64,000 nucleotides of DNA from Schizosaccharomyces osmophilus (taxonomy: Eukaryota): contig NC_079238.1 in NCBI RefSeq assembly GCF_027921745.1, positions 2,108,001 through 2,172,000 on the forward strand, written 5' to 3'. The position numbers and the translations under genes are program-made. The notes below the pieces were generated by a model. That model was not told the origin of the DNA, ran no database searches, and was given only the letters and a program-made list of their open reading frames with translations. Of this stretch, positions 23,197-34,341 are shown in pieces (within the stretch, counting starts at the first letter, position 1; each line of letters starts with the position of its first letter).

Positions 23197-24298
23197 TTAG
23201 GAAGCAAAGGGGTTGTTAGAATCGGCACTTTGGGCAAGCTCGGGTGTTCCTAATGGATCCTTAATAGGTGAAGTTTGAAGTTGCTCGTGAGGGTGGTTTA
23301 AGTCATTGGCTTCGTCTTCTTCATAATGGTAACTACGATGGTGGTGATGGTGATGATTATGATGCTTTTCAGGCACATCCTCTTTTGAGTTGACCGAAGC
23401 ATCAGCATTAGCTTGTTCATCAACAAGATGATCCTTTACCGAGGAAGGAGGAGCTAGTTGAGCATCTTCGAACTCATCATGTTCCTTTACGGAGGGGGAT
23501 CTGTTACTCGCGGTAGGAAGTTCTTGTTGGATATAAAAAAAAGCTTCATTCGTAGGAAAGATTTGGTGATCAATACTATTGACTCTTGTGCCGTAATGCT
23601 TTACAATATGGTCCAAGCAAGTACTCAATCTACCACGAATGACAGAGAGGTCGGGATCAAAATTATCAAGCTTCCACAAAGAACTTGTAGGCATGGGAGA
23701 TTTTAATAAACGACGCACGAGTTCCAGGGTGAAAGCAGCGCTATAGACACCACAGTCATAACCATTTCGCTGTTGCTGTACAGGCATAGACTCGATTGTA
23801 AAATCTAGAAAATGTTAGTAAAAAGAAAATCTTGTAGATCGAGTTCGAACCTTTTTGAAAGAGCTTGGAAATCCGATTCAGCGCGCTGTAGCAATCCTTT
23901 GTTTTTCCATTGCTCATGGAATCATAATAATAACATTGGGAATCTGGCACGCTGACAGCCATAAGCGACCAATGAGTGCCTCCTGTTCCAGCATCATATT
24001 TGTCCATGTCATTGATAGGCATAAATATGTAATTGCAGGACAAAAGGTTTGGTGGAAGAGCGGACTTGAGCTCTTCGAGTGATGCCGGAGCCTCAGCAAG
24101 CAAAAAGACAAGGGAAGGTCTCAAAAGCAAAATTCCTTTGGCTTGAGTTGGGTATAAGGGATACCATAGATTTTCGATTAGTGCATCGACATAATCGAGT
24201 GACACGTCGGTAAACCAATTGGGTTTTTGAAGACTATCCACGTCTTCCTGCTTGAAGGAAATATCAAACATTTCCACAATGGTGTCATTTTGAGTCAT
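23197..24298 (-). CDS. nep1: NEDD8 protease (Ulp1/C48 family, DEN1/SENP8-like). Exons 24298-23851 and 23804-23197
   Basis: Catalytic motifs GGTHWSL, YYYDS and QQQRNGYDCGVY. A 46-nt intron joins LFQK-D-FTIESMP. Confidence 0.88.
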
Positions 24299-25189
24299 TT
24301 TGGGCCGACAAGAATGGAAACGGGAAGAGAAATGGAAAAGTAAAGTGTAGGTCGTTGAGTGGATCCGCGAATGGTATTTTCGGAATTGCAGAAAACTCTT
24401 GAAATCCAGGATGAAAAAGAACCAGAGAGAATTGAAATAAAGAAATTAATTGAAGGAAATGCGTTGTCGGTCAAAACAATGGCAAAGCTACCAAAAATTA
24501 ATGGTTGACAAGACCAATTCACGCACAGACTTGATGAACGTTGCAAGAGAGGCAAAAACAAAAAAAAAACGAAATTCAACTTTCGCCTATAGTTTTGGTT
24601 TTGGTTTTAAGTGTACAGCTTGGCTTATAGAACAAATATATGCAAAGAAATTAATTGAAAGAAAAACTGTAAGAGAACACAAAGAATCGCTGGGAATTAG
24701 CTGGAATAAATAATGTAAGACTGTATGGCGTAAGGCAAAAGAGCATGAGACATCCGATGAGTTTCAGTAACCTGGAAGAAGAAGATACTCTAGCGTATTG
24801 CCTTTATTCTACAAATCAGTATTAAAAGGAACAACGTAATTCATAAATAACGATATCAACTACTAGTACAGTAAATACTTGTGAAATCATTTAAGGTTGA
24901 TTGTAGCTTGGAGGAACGAGAGCTGGTAAAGGAGTATGGAAAGGAAAATACAAAACAGAGTGAAACTGAAAGGACAACGTTTTTGAATCCCAAGCAACGA
25001 GAAGGATCGAACCACGAGAGGCGGAATAGGATGACAAAAAGATAAATGTACAAGGTCAGGTAGAAAGAAGGAGACAAAAGGAGAAAAAGAGGAAGCGAGA
25101 CAAATACAAAGGACAAATCCTTTTCATAAACATGGTGACGATGACAGTGGGGATGATCAGAGGTTTGGGGGAAGAGAATAAAAAAGCGT

Positions 25190-26083
25190 TTAGCCTAAGG
25201 AATTGGACGACAATAGTTTATGGTCCACAGTGGGCCGACGAGGAGAGGCAGAGTAAACGGGAGTGGTTTCACGTTGCTGTTTTGGATGTTGTTGAGGATT
25301 GTTTGGGGATCGAAGCTGATTTGAGTCCCTGTGTCCTGGGGATGTGGGAAACGTTGGTGCAGAGGAATGGGCTGTGGAATCGTTCTGGGAAGGAGAATTG
25401 GCATAAGGAGGAGAAGTATGGAAGGTAGATGAAACAGGGTACACGGGTTGGCTTGCGGTAGGCGTCAAGGAGGGGACTGGAGAGGGAGACGTACGATGAG
25501 AGTGCCAAGAGACCAATAAATCTGCATAAGACTGTAAGTCTTCAAGAGTAATAAACAAATTAAACTCGTTAAACAGAAAAAAATTCAGTTCCAGATGGTT
25601 TAATTCCTGCACGGGAATCCCACCGACTTTGGAGTATCGGATATTGGTGTAAAAGATGTCGCTAAAAAATTTGCTGCCAGCAGTGAACCCAGCGATTAGA
25701 AAGCGATGAATATTGTAACTATTAATCAAAAAAGAAAAATTAAAATTCCGTACAACACGGTCAAGATATATTACAAGGCTCAAAAATACATCATTTGTTG
25801 CTGGGCAATATTTTAGAATGCGATGCAAATACGAGTATATCGAAATCGACGGAATATTTTTCGCTGAAAACACCAAGCTCGGGTTATTTAAACTTGTCGC
25901 TGAATATGGAATTTCATTAGGTTCTTTTCCCTCCTGTCGTTTGTCGTTTAGACGCGTTAGTCGCAAAAGAAACGTCGACAATATTTCCAGTAAAAAATCT
26001 TGGTTCAACGTTGATATGTCTACATGTTCCTTTATATTCGATAAATCTTGTTCAGATGTTAACAGCGTACATGCCAGTGTCAT
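25190..26083 (-). CDS. psl1: Pho80/Pcl6-7-type cyclin for Pef1/Pho85
   Basis: Cyclin box PSISIYSYLHRILKY, IYLDR, NIHRFLIAG, SKFFSD, KVGGIP. First ATG is at 26083; the track starts at a TTG. Confidence 0.9.
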   Translation of the reverse strand: MTLACTLLTSEQDLSNIKEHVDISTLNQDFLLEILSTFLLRLTRLNDKRQEGKEPNEIPYSATSLNNPSLVFSAKNIPSISIYSYLHRILKYCPATNDVFLSLVIYLDRVVRNFNFSFLINSYNIHRFLIAGFTAGSKFFSDIFYTNIRYSKVGGIPVQELNHLELNFFLFNEFNLFITLEDLQSYADLLVSWHSHRTSPSPVPSLTPTASQPVYPVSSTFHTSPPYANSPSQNDSTAHSSAPTFPTSPGHRDSNQLRSPNNPQQHPKQQRETTPVYSASPRRPTVDHKLLSSNSLG

Positions 26084-26245
26084 AGAGCTCAAGTTGTTTT
26101 GTAGAATAGTTGGTGAAGGGCAAGATTGTTTTCTTCATGAAAACATACATGACGCAAACCGTACCAAGGCACACCTTGGTGTCCTACAAGGATTAGCTGG
26201 ATTCTCCATAGTAGCTAGGGAAGCGGAACCTACCTCGTTATCTAT

Positions 26246-26272
26246 GTAAACAAACAGCCATCAGTGTAAACA
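26246..26272 (+). promoter_or_regulatory. Two forkhead/FLEX elements upstream of psl1
   Basis: GTAAACAAACA at 26246-26256 and GTAAACA at 26266-26272, 160-190 bp from the psl1 ATG. Both match the Mei4/Fkh2 core GTAAAYA. Confidence 0.6.
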
Positions 26273-27304
26273 AAAGAAAGGGTATTCAGAAAACGACATT
26301 CCAGAGCAGTAGAAACAAGTGAAACCATTTCAAAGTACAGCTCTTGTTTTTCGAAGTGTTTTCATGGGCAATGTGCTGAAAATATGTAGAGAAGAAAGCA
26401 AACGAAGAAGTATCTATTTAAGCTTCTTGTCCTCTTTCACAAACACATAGCTTTATTGATGCAATCTTGGAATGCATGTGCTCCATTATGTCTAAACTTC
26501 AATGTGCAAAACATAAACAAAGCGCTTGAGCGATGTTAAAACGGACAAATGGTGTAGGAGCAGAAGAGCGAACGAAAAAATCGTCAACCAAAATTGGGCA
26601 TGTAGAATCAATCGCATGCCTTTTGAAAAGATACCAGAAATTGCAATTGCTTTTCTCTTGGGTCTCATTGTTATAATATACGTCTATAGTAACGAAGCAT
26701 TCTTCCTTGTTGGACATATGAACTGTTGCATCTTATACCATTGAGATTTCATTAGCAAACTTATATAGCAGTAATTATACTGATCCTTGAAGAACTGAAT
26801 TTTCTAGACAATAAATTATCTTTATTTTTTTATTTCATATTTTCCCATTAAAATACCATGACTCGCAAATTTCAATGGTCATTCTGTATTTATCAAAAAG
26901 AATTTCAAAGGAGCACAGACAGTAATGGTAACTTTAAGTAGATACCTCAATCAAATAAAAAAAAAAAGTTTCTTTTAAAGCTTTTCCAGTATAGCAACAT
27001 TACCAAAAGAATTTAGATGATTTATTCAGAAGAGATTCCTAGAGAAAACATAGATCACTGCATCCTTGAAAAGGTAAAGATGTGTCAAAATCAATAAAGT
27101 TATATATATATTAGAATGATCTTCTCAAAATTTTTCATCTGTCCTTTTTAATAGTTCTTCTGAAAGCTTTGCTTTTGGTAAAAATGATTGAAGTTATACT
27201 AGGTAAAACTAGTCCAACACCATCGTGTAACGCTATAAAAAATTAATTCATGCATTACAATTTCCAATTCTCATCCTTTCAATATTTCACTCTTTAAGTG
27301 CGGG

Positions 27305-27328
27305 TTCTTTGTTTGTTTGTTTGTTTAT
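27305..27328 (+). promoter_or_regulatory. Ste11 TR box overlapping a forkhead-like (TTTG)n tract
   Basis: TTCTTTGTTT at 27305-27314 matches TTCTTTGTTY. It continues into TGTTTGTTTAT, whose reverse complement is ATAAACAAACA. Confidence 0.5.
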
Positions 27329-27406
27329 TTATTTGATTGTCCTTTATTATGACACCAGACCTCTTCTGCTTTTTATTCTTTCATATCTCTACTTTTTATT
27401 TTTTAA

Positions 27407-27583
27407 ATGCCCCGTTTCATCAAAGAGTTCGTTGAAAGTCGAAACAAATTGGTAAAGTCTGAAAAACCAGTGCTTTCCAAATATGCGACCTTCTCGGATC
27501 CTCCTTCCTCGTCTGGGATATCATCTACTTTCAAATCCTATGATGGACCCTATGGACCCAAGATTTATGTATTAACTCATTAG
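27407..27583 (+). CDS. Candidate 58-aa small protein of unknown function
   Basis: ATG at 27407 to TAG at 27581-27583 encodes MPRFIKEFVESRNKLVKSEKPVLSKYATFSDPPSSSGISSTFKSYDGPYGPKIYVLTH. It is more GC-rich than its flanks and follows the TR-box/forkhead element. No homology recognised. Confidence 0.4.
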   Translation: MPRFIKEFVESRNKLVKSEKPVLSKYATFSDPPSSSGISSTFKSYDGPYGPKIYVLTH

Positions 27584-28202
27584 GCTCCATTAGATGGGAG
27601 CTTTTCAAGGAATCATCAGCCAAATGACGGATGGTTTGATTTCTCTTTTTCTTCCATATCATGGAACAAGACCTTACAAGGGCAAAAGAGAGCGATGATT
27701 TTACACTCTTTTTCAACTTGGTGCCTTTTGTTTTTCATTTGATGTTCTTTTTCTTTTCAACCAGGATCACAAGTTTCATACGACTCGACGAAACGCATAG
27801 AAAATACGATTTTCCATTCTCGAGTCGGTGGCCTTTTTCCTTTTTTTTCATACGTCTTGCTTTGATGTTCCTTTTTCGGCCTTTTTTATTTTTATTTTTT
27901 TTTGTTTAGCGCTCGTGCGTTCATGAATATATTTTGTTTAGTATTTTATACAAAAACTCCTTTTCTTGCTCAAACATCGTCGATGCAGAATTCATAGACA
28001 GTCTCCTCAAGAGTAAAGGGAAAGCTTTCATAAAACCATTACATTCATACTTTTTCTTGGCGTTTGAAGCGTTACTCACACTAGTACTGGCATTCAAAGT
28101 CCCTTTCAAAATTCATGGATTCTCCACATAAACTATTTTTTCAGACTAATCTCCATTGCGTAGCTTCCATAAAAATGCGAATGATTTCATATTCATACAC
28201 TT

Positions 28203-28662
28203 TTATTCGGGTTTGCCTCCCGGTATCAACTGAAATTTCTGTTAGCACCCCCATTTCGTACCAGAGTATAACTGTTGTTTTCATATGCCTTACCATGCAC
28301 ATCCCATTTCCGTTTAGAAGCATTTCCGAGTGCTTTTCTGTTGTACCATGAATCGTGTCACTGCATAAAATGTCAACACAAATCTTTCATTCCAAAAACA
28401 CATACTGTTCGGTAACGTCTCTCAAGACAATGTTCACATAATCATCAAAGCCAACCAAAGTGCCCACGAATTCTCTCTCACCCTTCATAATCACCCATAA
28501 ATTTGATCCAACGCATTTGTCAATTAACTCTGCCAGATTAGCTGCGTTCAGGCTTCATAACGTAAATTGCTTCAACAAGAAAAGTTGTATCGTTTTTTTT
28601 CTTATCATTCCTTTGAAAATTCCCGTTCTTTACGTACCTAAAGGTAAAATAGTCATCGACAT
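28203..28662 (-). CDS. lsm5: U6 snRNA-associated Sm-like protein Lsm5. Exons 28662-28638, 28529-28406, 28360-28294, 28229-28203
   Basis: Spliced product [44 protein letters not shown]...[18 protein letters not shown]. Confidence 0.96.
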
Positions 28663-29028
28663 GGTGTTTAGTAGTATGCAATAATACCTTCCAACAGCCA
28701 ACCTACCTTTTGTGCTCCAAAGGCTTCTTGATGAATTTTTTTTATTTTCTATTGTGTATTAATATTTAACTTATTTCTTTTTTTTGTTTTTGGAAGCTTT
28801 TTTAAATTGCTATATAGCTTTTCACGCGAATTGAATTGCATCGTTTCAACCATCGCTAATTCTTCATGATAGCTCGCTTTTAACTAAAGAACTGTCAAAG
28901 CCTTGTTTTCTTTTCGTTTTCAATTTATAACTGGATCCACTGATTCTCAAGATTCTAAACCTTGAAACGCAAGTGTCTTACTACTCAAAATAAAAAATAC
29001 TCTATTTATTTCACCTAAACATAGCAGC

Positions 29029-31326
29029 ATGAGTATTGAAACAATTCAAGAAAAAAATGCAATTGACAGGATTGTGGACCTAACACGATCTCTGAACAAC
29101 AATAACGATTCCAGTGCGTTGCTTACAAAACTTCAAAATGCCGTCGGGAATCAAGACGTCTTGGAAACTCTTTTGAGTCAATTAGCTGAAATTGTTTCTT
29201 ATGACCCAGACATGCCAGTTAGCATAACTTCCATTCGGTGTTTGCAACTCTCTGTTCACTTGGTATTTCTCTTAGGCATTTATACCCAAGTTCCTAAGGA
29301 GCTACTTGCTCCCGCAAAGATCAAAGCCGTTCCACCTTTTTCCCCCAAAACAAGCATCCTTTCTATATTTAAATTTCTAGTCCCTGCACTGCTTAAACCG
29401 AATTTGCTTCAAGGTCCAGTAAGTCTTCATTACGCAGATTTACTAATGGTGTATCTTTACCTTCAAAACACCTATGAACCTAATTTGCTCAACGAAGATT
29501 TTGGAGTTACCAAAGAATCGCTTATTCGCGTCATGTCACCAGAATTCGTTGATCCCGCGAAAATGATATCTGCATGTTTGCAATTATTACAGCCAAAAGT
29601 TCCTCCATGGATGCGAACACAACTCAATCATTACCTAACGACTAGTCTATGCAAACGCAACGGCGTTGAAGGGTTCTTGAAGGTTTTTATGCAAATAAAC
29701 CCCAATTCAATTGAAAGAGCTCAACAAGCCGCTCGTCTTATCTCATCCGTTCCAAAAAATATGAATGAACAGGTATGTACTTTTTAATTTGAGTTCTTTT
29801 TCCAAAAAGCTAACCAACAGACTTATTTGAGCTTGATACTTCCTCAGATTTGGAACTTATTCTTTAATTTACCAAGACTTGCTTGCCAAATCACCATCGC
29901 ACTTTTAGCAACTCACAGACATCTCACTTGGGATTTCTTGAACAAACAACTTTCTCCGTTAATGTCCCCAACTATTATTGATCTTACCCCTGTTGAAAAT
30001 TGTCTAAAGGTTTTGGATGCTTTTGCTTCCATCGGAAATGAAGACATGATAAAAATAGCCGAAGGATTTGTTCCTTCACTACTTCAGTTACAACCTAATA
30101 GTACTCTTGGAAAGCAGGTGCAGGAAAGCTTACTAACGATTATTTCAAAAACCGGTACCAGACCTCTGCTTCAATCTCTTGAATCCATCCATCATTTGAG
30201 TTCTTTTTGTCATTTGCTATCCAATTCACAACTTGCTCAATTTTTACCCCAGTTACTTGAATTATGGGTTATGCAACCTGCAGAGCATCGTTTAGAGTTA
30301 CTTGAGGTTGTACAGTATGCCCTCACAAGAGTTGACACAGATGAAATCCCGAGTGAACTCATGGTTTCGGTTTGCAGTAATTTGATCGGCGAAGTTACAG
30401 AAAACTTGAACAACTCTGAATCCGTCCTTGATATTTCTTCAAGAAGAGACGTTGTAGAAGAAAATGAGGAAATTTTACTTATTTTATTACATCTTTTATC
30501 TTCCGTTATTGGAAGAAATCGAGAGTTGGGTCACAAAAACTCAATTCCATCTCTTCTCTCTCCTTTAAAACAACTGGCAGATTACCCCAATCAAGTCATA
30601 TCAGCGTTAGCAAATGATGTTTATAAGACGCTAATAAAGGAAAATGATGACTATTCATCTGCTTTATCGTATATCCATAATGATCAAGTTCCAGTTCGAG
30701 GTCAAGGAATCTATATGCTTCGAAAGTTAATTGAAGCCAAGGATAAGAGAGTTAACCCACTTCGAATACTGCACACCTTGTTGGGGCTTTTGACGGATGA
30801 AGATAGCTATGTGCATTTGAATGTTATCGCTGCTTTAGTGTCTCTGTGCGACAAATATGGAGATATGATGATACAACTCCTTAGTGAATATTCAAAGGTT
30901 CAAAAGTATTCCACTGATGAAACTTTGCTGATCGGACAAGCCATATACCAAAGTATGGAGCGATTGGGTGAACTTACTTCAAAGTATTATGGACAGATAG
31001 AACAGACGTGTTTAATTCTATTGAACGATGAGGTTATTGATGTCAAGATTTCTGCTTTAAACGTCGCTGAATTACTATGTCGCTATTCATCGAGCAATGC
31101 TTTTGTTGAATCAGCCGCCGCTATTTTGAATTTAGAAAAGACAGAAGATAAAAAGTTTCTGCGAAGAGTTGCTCTTCAAGTTCTTAATTCATCTTCTCAT
31201 TTACCAAGCTCAGTAATTACAATTTTGGAATATTTAAGTACTCATGATGAAGATGGTTTTATTCGTGAGCAGTGCTCTCGACTGGTTATTAATAAAACCG
31301 AAGAAAATAGGTTCTTTTTGGGATAA
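29029..31326 (+). CDS. rtp1: RNA polymerase II assembly/import factor Rtp1 (TANGO6-like ARM repeat). Intron 29773-29820
   Basis: VPVRGQGIYMLRKLI and DEDSYVHLNVI resemble the RTP1 C1 region. Leu-rich helical repeats and a canonical intron. Confidence 0.8.
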
Positions 31327-31528
31327 TTTGGGATACATTACAATAAATCACGACTCATTTGCACAAAGATCTTTTGGTAATTTTGTAAAATTCATTAGAA
31401 ACTATCATAAAAAGAAATAAAGTGTGCTTTCGTTAACGTAATATACTTAGAAAAAAAAGCACAATCAAAATTATACCTTTCTTTTTTCTTTCATAAGAAA
31501 AAAAAACCTTTGGCAAAAATAAACCCTT

Positions 31529-33760
31529 TTAATCTCGTTCACTTTCCAGTTTCTCAAGTCTATCTTTTAGTTTCCTTAATTTTCGTTCCATATAATCAGT
31601 AGCTACTTTAAGTTTCCCATTCTCTATGTTTACCGCGTCGGCATCATACAAATAATCTCGCTCCTGCTCAATGCTGTCCATTCTTGACGAAAGCCATAAT
31701 TTGAAAGTGAAGTCGTCCATTGGTATATGCTCCACGGAATCTCCTTCTAAGGCAGGATTTCGAAAAGGCGATGTAGGGTTTTTAGGATGAACTAACCGTC
31801 CCATATACCACCATTGTAAGATAATCAGAAAAAACATCAAAACAAAAAGCAAATAGATAGGTTGCGATAGAAAAGACAGTCCTTTAGGAATATAGCTCAC
31901 AAAATTGCCCAATGAGGCTAATACTGATGACTGGCTATTTGAAGAATTTGCTTCTTTGGAGTCCGAACTCATTGAAGGTGGTTCCTTCTTCTTTTTCAAG
32001 ACTGTTTTTCGTTTTCGTTTTCCTTTCCCGGGAGATTTATAGGATTCGAGAGCATTAATTAGGCTCTTCATGTATGCCATTTGACCTTCTTGTGCTCCTT
32101 TTTCAATAGGACCTTTCAGCCAGGAACTCTTACTCCAATCAACAGAGTAACTCGCATCCAGTTTTGTTTTTGAATTACTACCCCAATAACAAGCATATTG
32201 GGTCTTTGTTAAAAAAGAAGAACCACTGGGAACGTCTGGAGTAGAAGCTATAGATAATACTTGGATATAATCGTTAATATCGAGATGCTCGATTGTATCT
32301 GTGATGTAGCAAGTTGTTTGTCGGTATGGAGGAGCTACTGGCTTTATGTACTGTACTTTTCGTGTCCATTTGTCTTCCTCTTTCATCCATCTACTAAACT
32401 TAATGTCAGAAAGCTTTTCCTCCTTGAAAAAATTAGTTAGCCAAGTAGTATCAGATCCCCAAAGCAGCAAAAAAACAGTTGAGAGCGGAAGTGGGATGGC
32501 TTCCTTTGAACAAAGGACATGGGAAAGAGGATTACCGGTCCACGAGGTTGGAGCGTGAGAAGTGACCTGTGTAACGAACTGGAAGTTATCATCGGAAACC
32601 TGATTACTATTTTTTTTATCTAAATTGTCATCAGAGCCATTTTCATGTTTGGAAACGTTGGGCTCATGTTCGAATCCTTCGGAACTTTGTGATTGATTAG
32701 CACCGTCATCATCCGAAACGTCCTCATTCTCTTCAGTATTGCCATCAGAATCATCGTACTGATCATCGTCGTCTTCAGAGCTGTTGGAAAATTCACCATC
32801 AGACCGACTGTATCCATGCCCAAGATGCTTTCGAGTAGCGTCGGATACATTATACCCATTAGCAGCCATATTTAAGAAGGGATGAATATTTTTCCAGATG
32901 GTAATAATCAATTGAAAGGTGGTATCACGAGAAATAAAAGAAGCAAACACATAACGAGCATGGAGAGTGGTTATTTGTATGGCATTAGGAAAAACGACGG
33001 CGGTGGACTTTTTTTCAACAGAAACAATTTCTGTAACCGGTATAATGATACTCGTGACCCAACCAAATATACTAGAATTAAAGCATATATGTTGCTCCGA
33101 GAGATACAGCCTTCCATGCAGGAAGATGTCTCTTTGCAGGGCACAACCATAATCGTCAATGAGATGGTCATCAGAAGGAAGGGTTTTAAAAATGACATGA
33201 AAATCATGGTTTCGTTTATTGCTAGCAAAAGCATACCCAGACAAGCTCCCAGGATCTCCGCCTGCAGAAGAAGCTATGGATATTTTTCGGGACGCTGAAG
33301 TAACCGCCGAGCCTTGAGTTGCTGTTTGCTCCAAAGGCGGCAAATTAGAGGTATGGGGCTGCATATTAACAACCTTATTTCGCGGAGGTGAAGTATCAAT
33401 AGCCTCTGGCTCCCGATCAGCATCCACATCTTCAGGTTTTACCGACTCTTCTTGACCTAACTCAGGCTTTCCATTCCTTGCAACATCCTTTTCAAAGTTT
33501 TCCAATTTTAATTCACCTTCCCCGAAAGGAACCTCATCTTTATCTTTACTGCTTCTTGCCTTTCCGGTGTAAGACCTGGCCTGCTCGTTTTGGTCCAATG
33601 CTGAGTCGCCTTCCGAAAACGCCCGTTGATTTGTTCCATCACCTGCACCTGCATTTCCCATACGAATGTTGTGTTTTGGTTGAACAGCTTCGTTAACCAC
33701 GCCGCTCAATCGCGTTACTGCAGAATTAAGAAAACTAGAAAATGGGCCCTCTTCCTTCAT
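31529..33760 (-). CDS. ltc1: GRAM + VASt/StART-like sterol transfer protein (LAM/Ltc family) with a C-terminal TM helix
   Basis: GRAM motif KRNHDFHVIF...CALQRDIFLHGRLYLSEQHICF, VASt motif TPDVPSGSSF, TM segment PIYLLFVLMFFLIILQWWY. First ATG at 33760. The symbol is from recall. Confidence 0.85.
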   Translation of the reverse strand: MKEEGPFSSFLNSAVTRLSGVVNEAVQPKHNIRMGNAGAGDGTNQRAFSEGDSALDQNEQARSYTGKARSSKDKDEVPFGEGELKLENFEKDVARNGKPELGQEESVKPEDVDADREPEAIDTSPPRNKVVNMQPHTSNLPPLEQTATQGSAVTSASRKISIASSAGGDPGSLSGYAFASNKRNHDFHVIFKTLPSDDHLIDDYGCALQRDIFLHGRLYLSEQHICFNSSIFGWVTSIIIPVTEIVSVEKKSTAVVFPNAIQITTLHARYVFASFISRDTTFQLIITIWKNIHPFLNMAANGYNVSDATRKHLGHGYSRSDGEFSNSSEDDDDQYDDSDGNTEENEDVSDDDGANQSQSSEGFEHEPNVSKHENGSDDNLDKKNSNQVSDDNFQFVTQVTSHAPTSWTGNPLSHVLCSKEAIPLPLSTVFLLLWGSDTTWLTNFFKEEKLSDIKFSRWMKEEDKWTRKVQYIKPVAPPYRQTTCYITDTIEHLDINDYIQVLSIASTPDVPSGSSFLTKTQYACYWGSNSKTKLDASYSVDWSKSSWLKGPIEKGAQEGQMAYMKSLINALESYKSPGKGKRKRKTVLKKKKEPPSMSSDSKEANSSNSQSSVLASLGNFVSYIPKGLSFLSQPIYLLFVLMFFLIILQWWYMGRLVHPKNPTSPFRNPALEGDSVEHIPMDDFTFKLWLSSRMDSIEQERDYLYDADAVNIENGKLKVATDYMERKLRKLKDRLEKLESERD

Positions 33761-34341
33761 CGGTTGATACAAACTTAAGAAATTAATTCTTCAACAATGA
33801 AACTGTCATGAATCGTATGAATTGGAGATACAATACAGTATACGCAAAAATGTTCCCAAATTATGATGTTCGAAAATAGTTCAACACCTAATTAGTGAAA
33901 AATAATGACATAAAGTTTCAGAATCGTTGAACAATCTCCTTTTTGTTTTCTCTTTTTGATGTGAATTCAATTTCTTCTTGTAACGGCCTTCAAAGCCCAA
34001 ACACGTTTCATGCAATCTCTTGGTGAATGGGTGATTCTAATTTTACATAGCGCAAGTGAATCGATTTGATTTACGTGTTGTAACATCACACAGTAAATAT
34101 ACACCGAAACAGACGGTAATCCATCACAGAATTTACGGGAACGATAACGTAGATACCGAGAACTTTAAAACTCGGTAAAAGAAAGTAAATAAACAAAAAA
34201 GCAAGTAGAATGTCTGCTCGTGAAGGAGGGATTTGGACCCATTCTATAGATCACTGACAAGACATTAGGATCAAATGATCTAAGGAAGTGGCTCTAGTAA
34301 GAGACATTACTTTTCGGTTGGAAAAGCATGCGGGATGAAAG

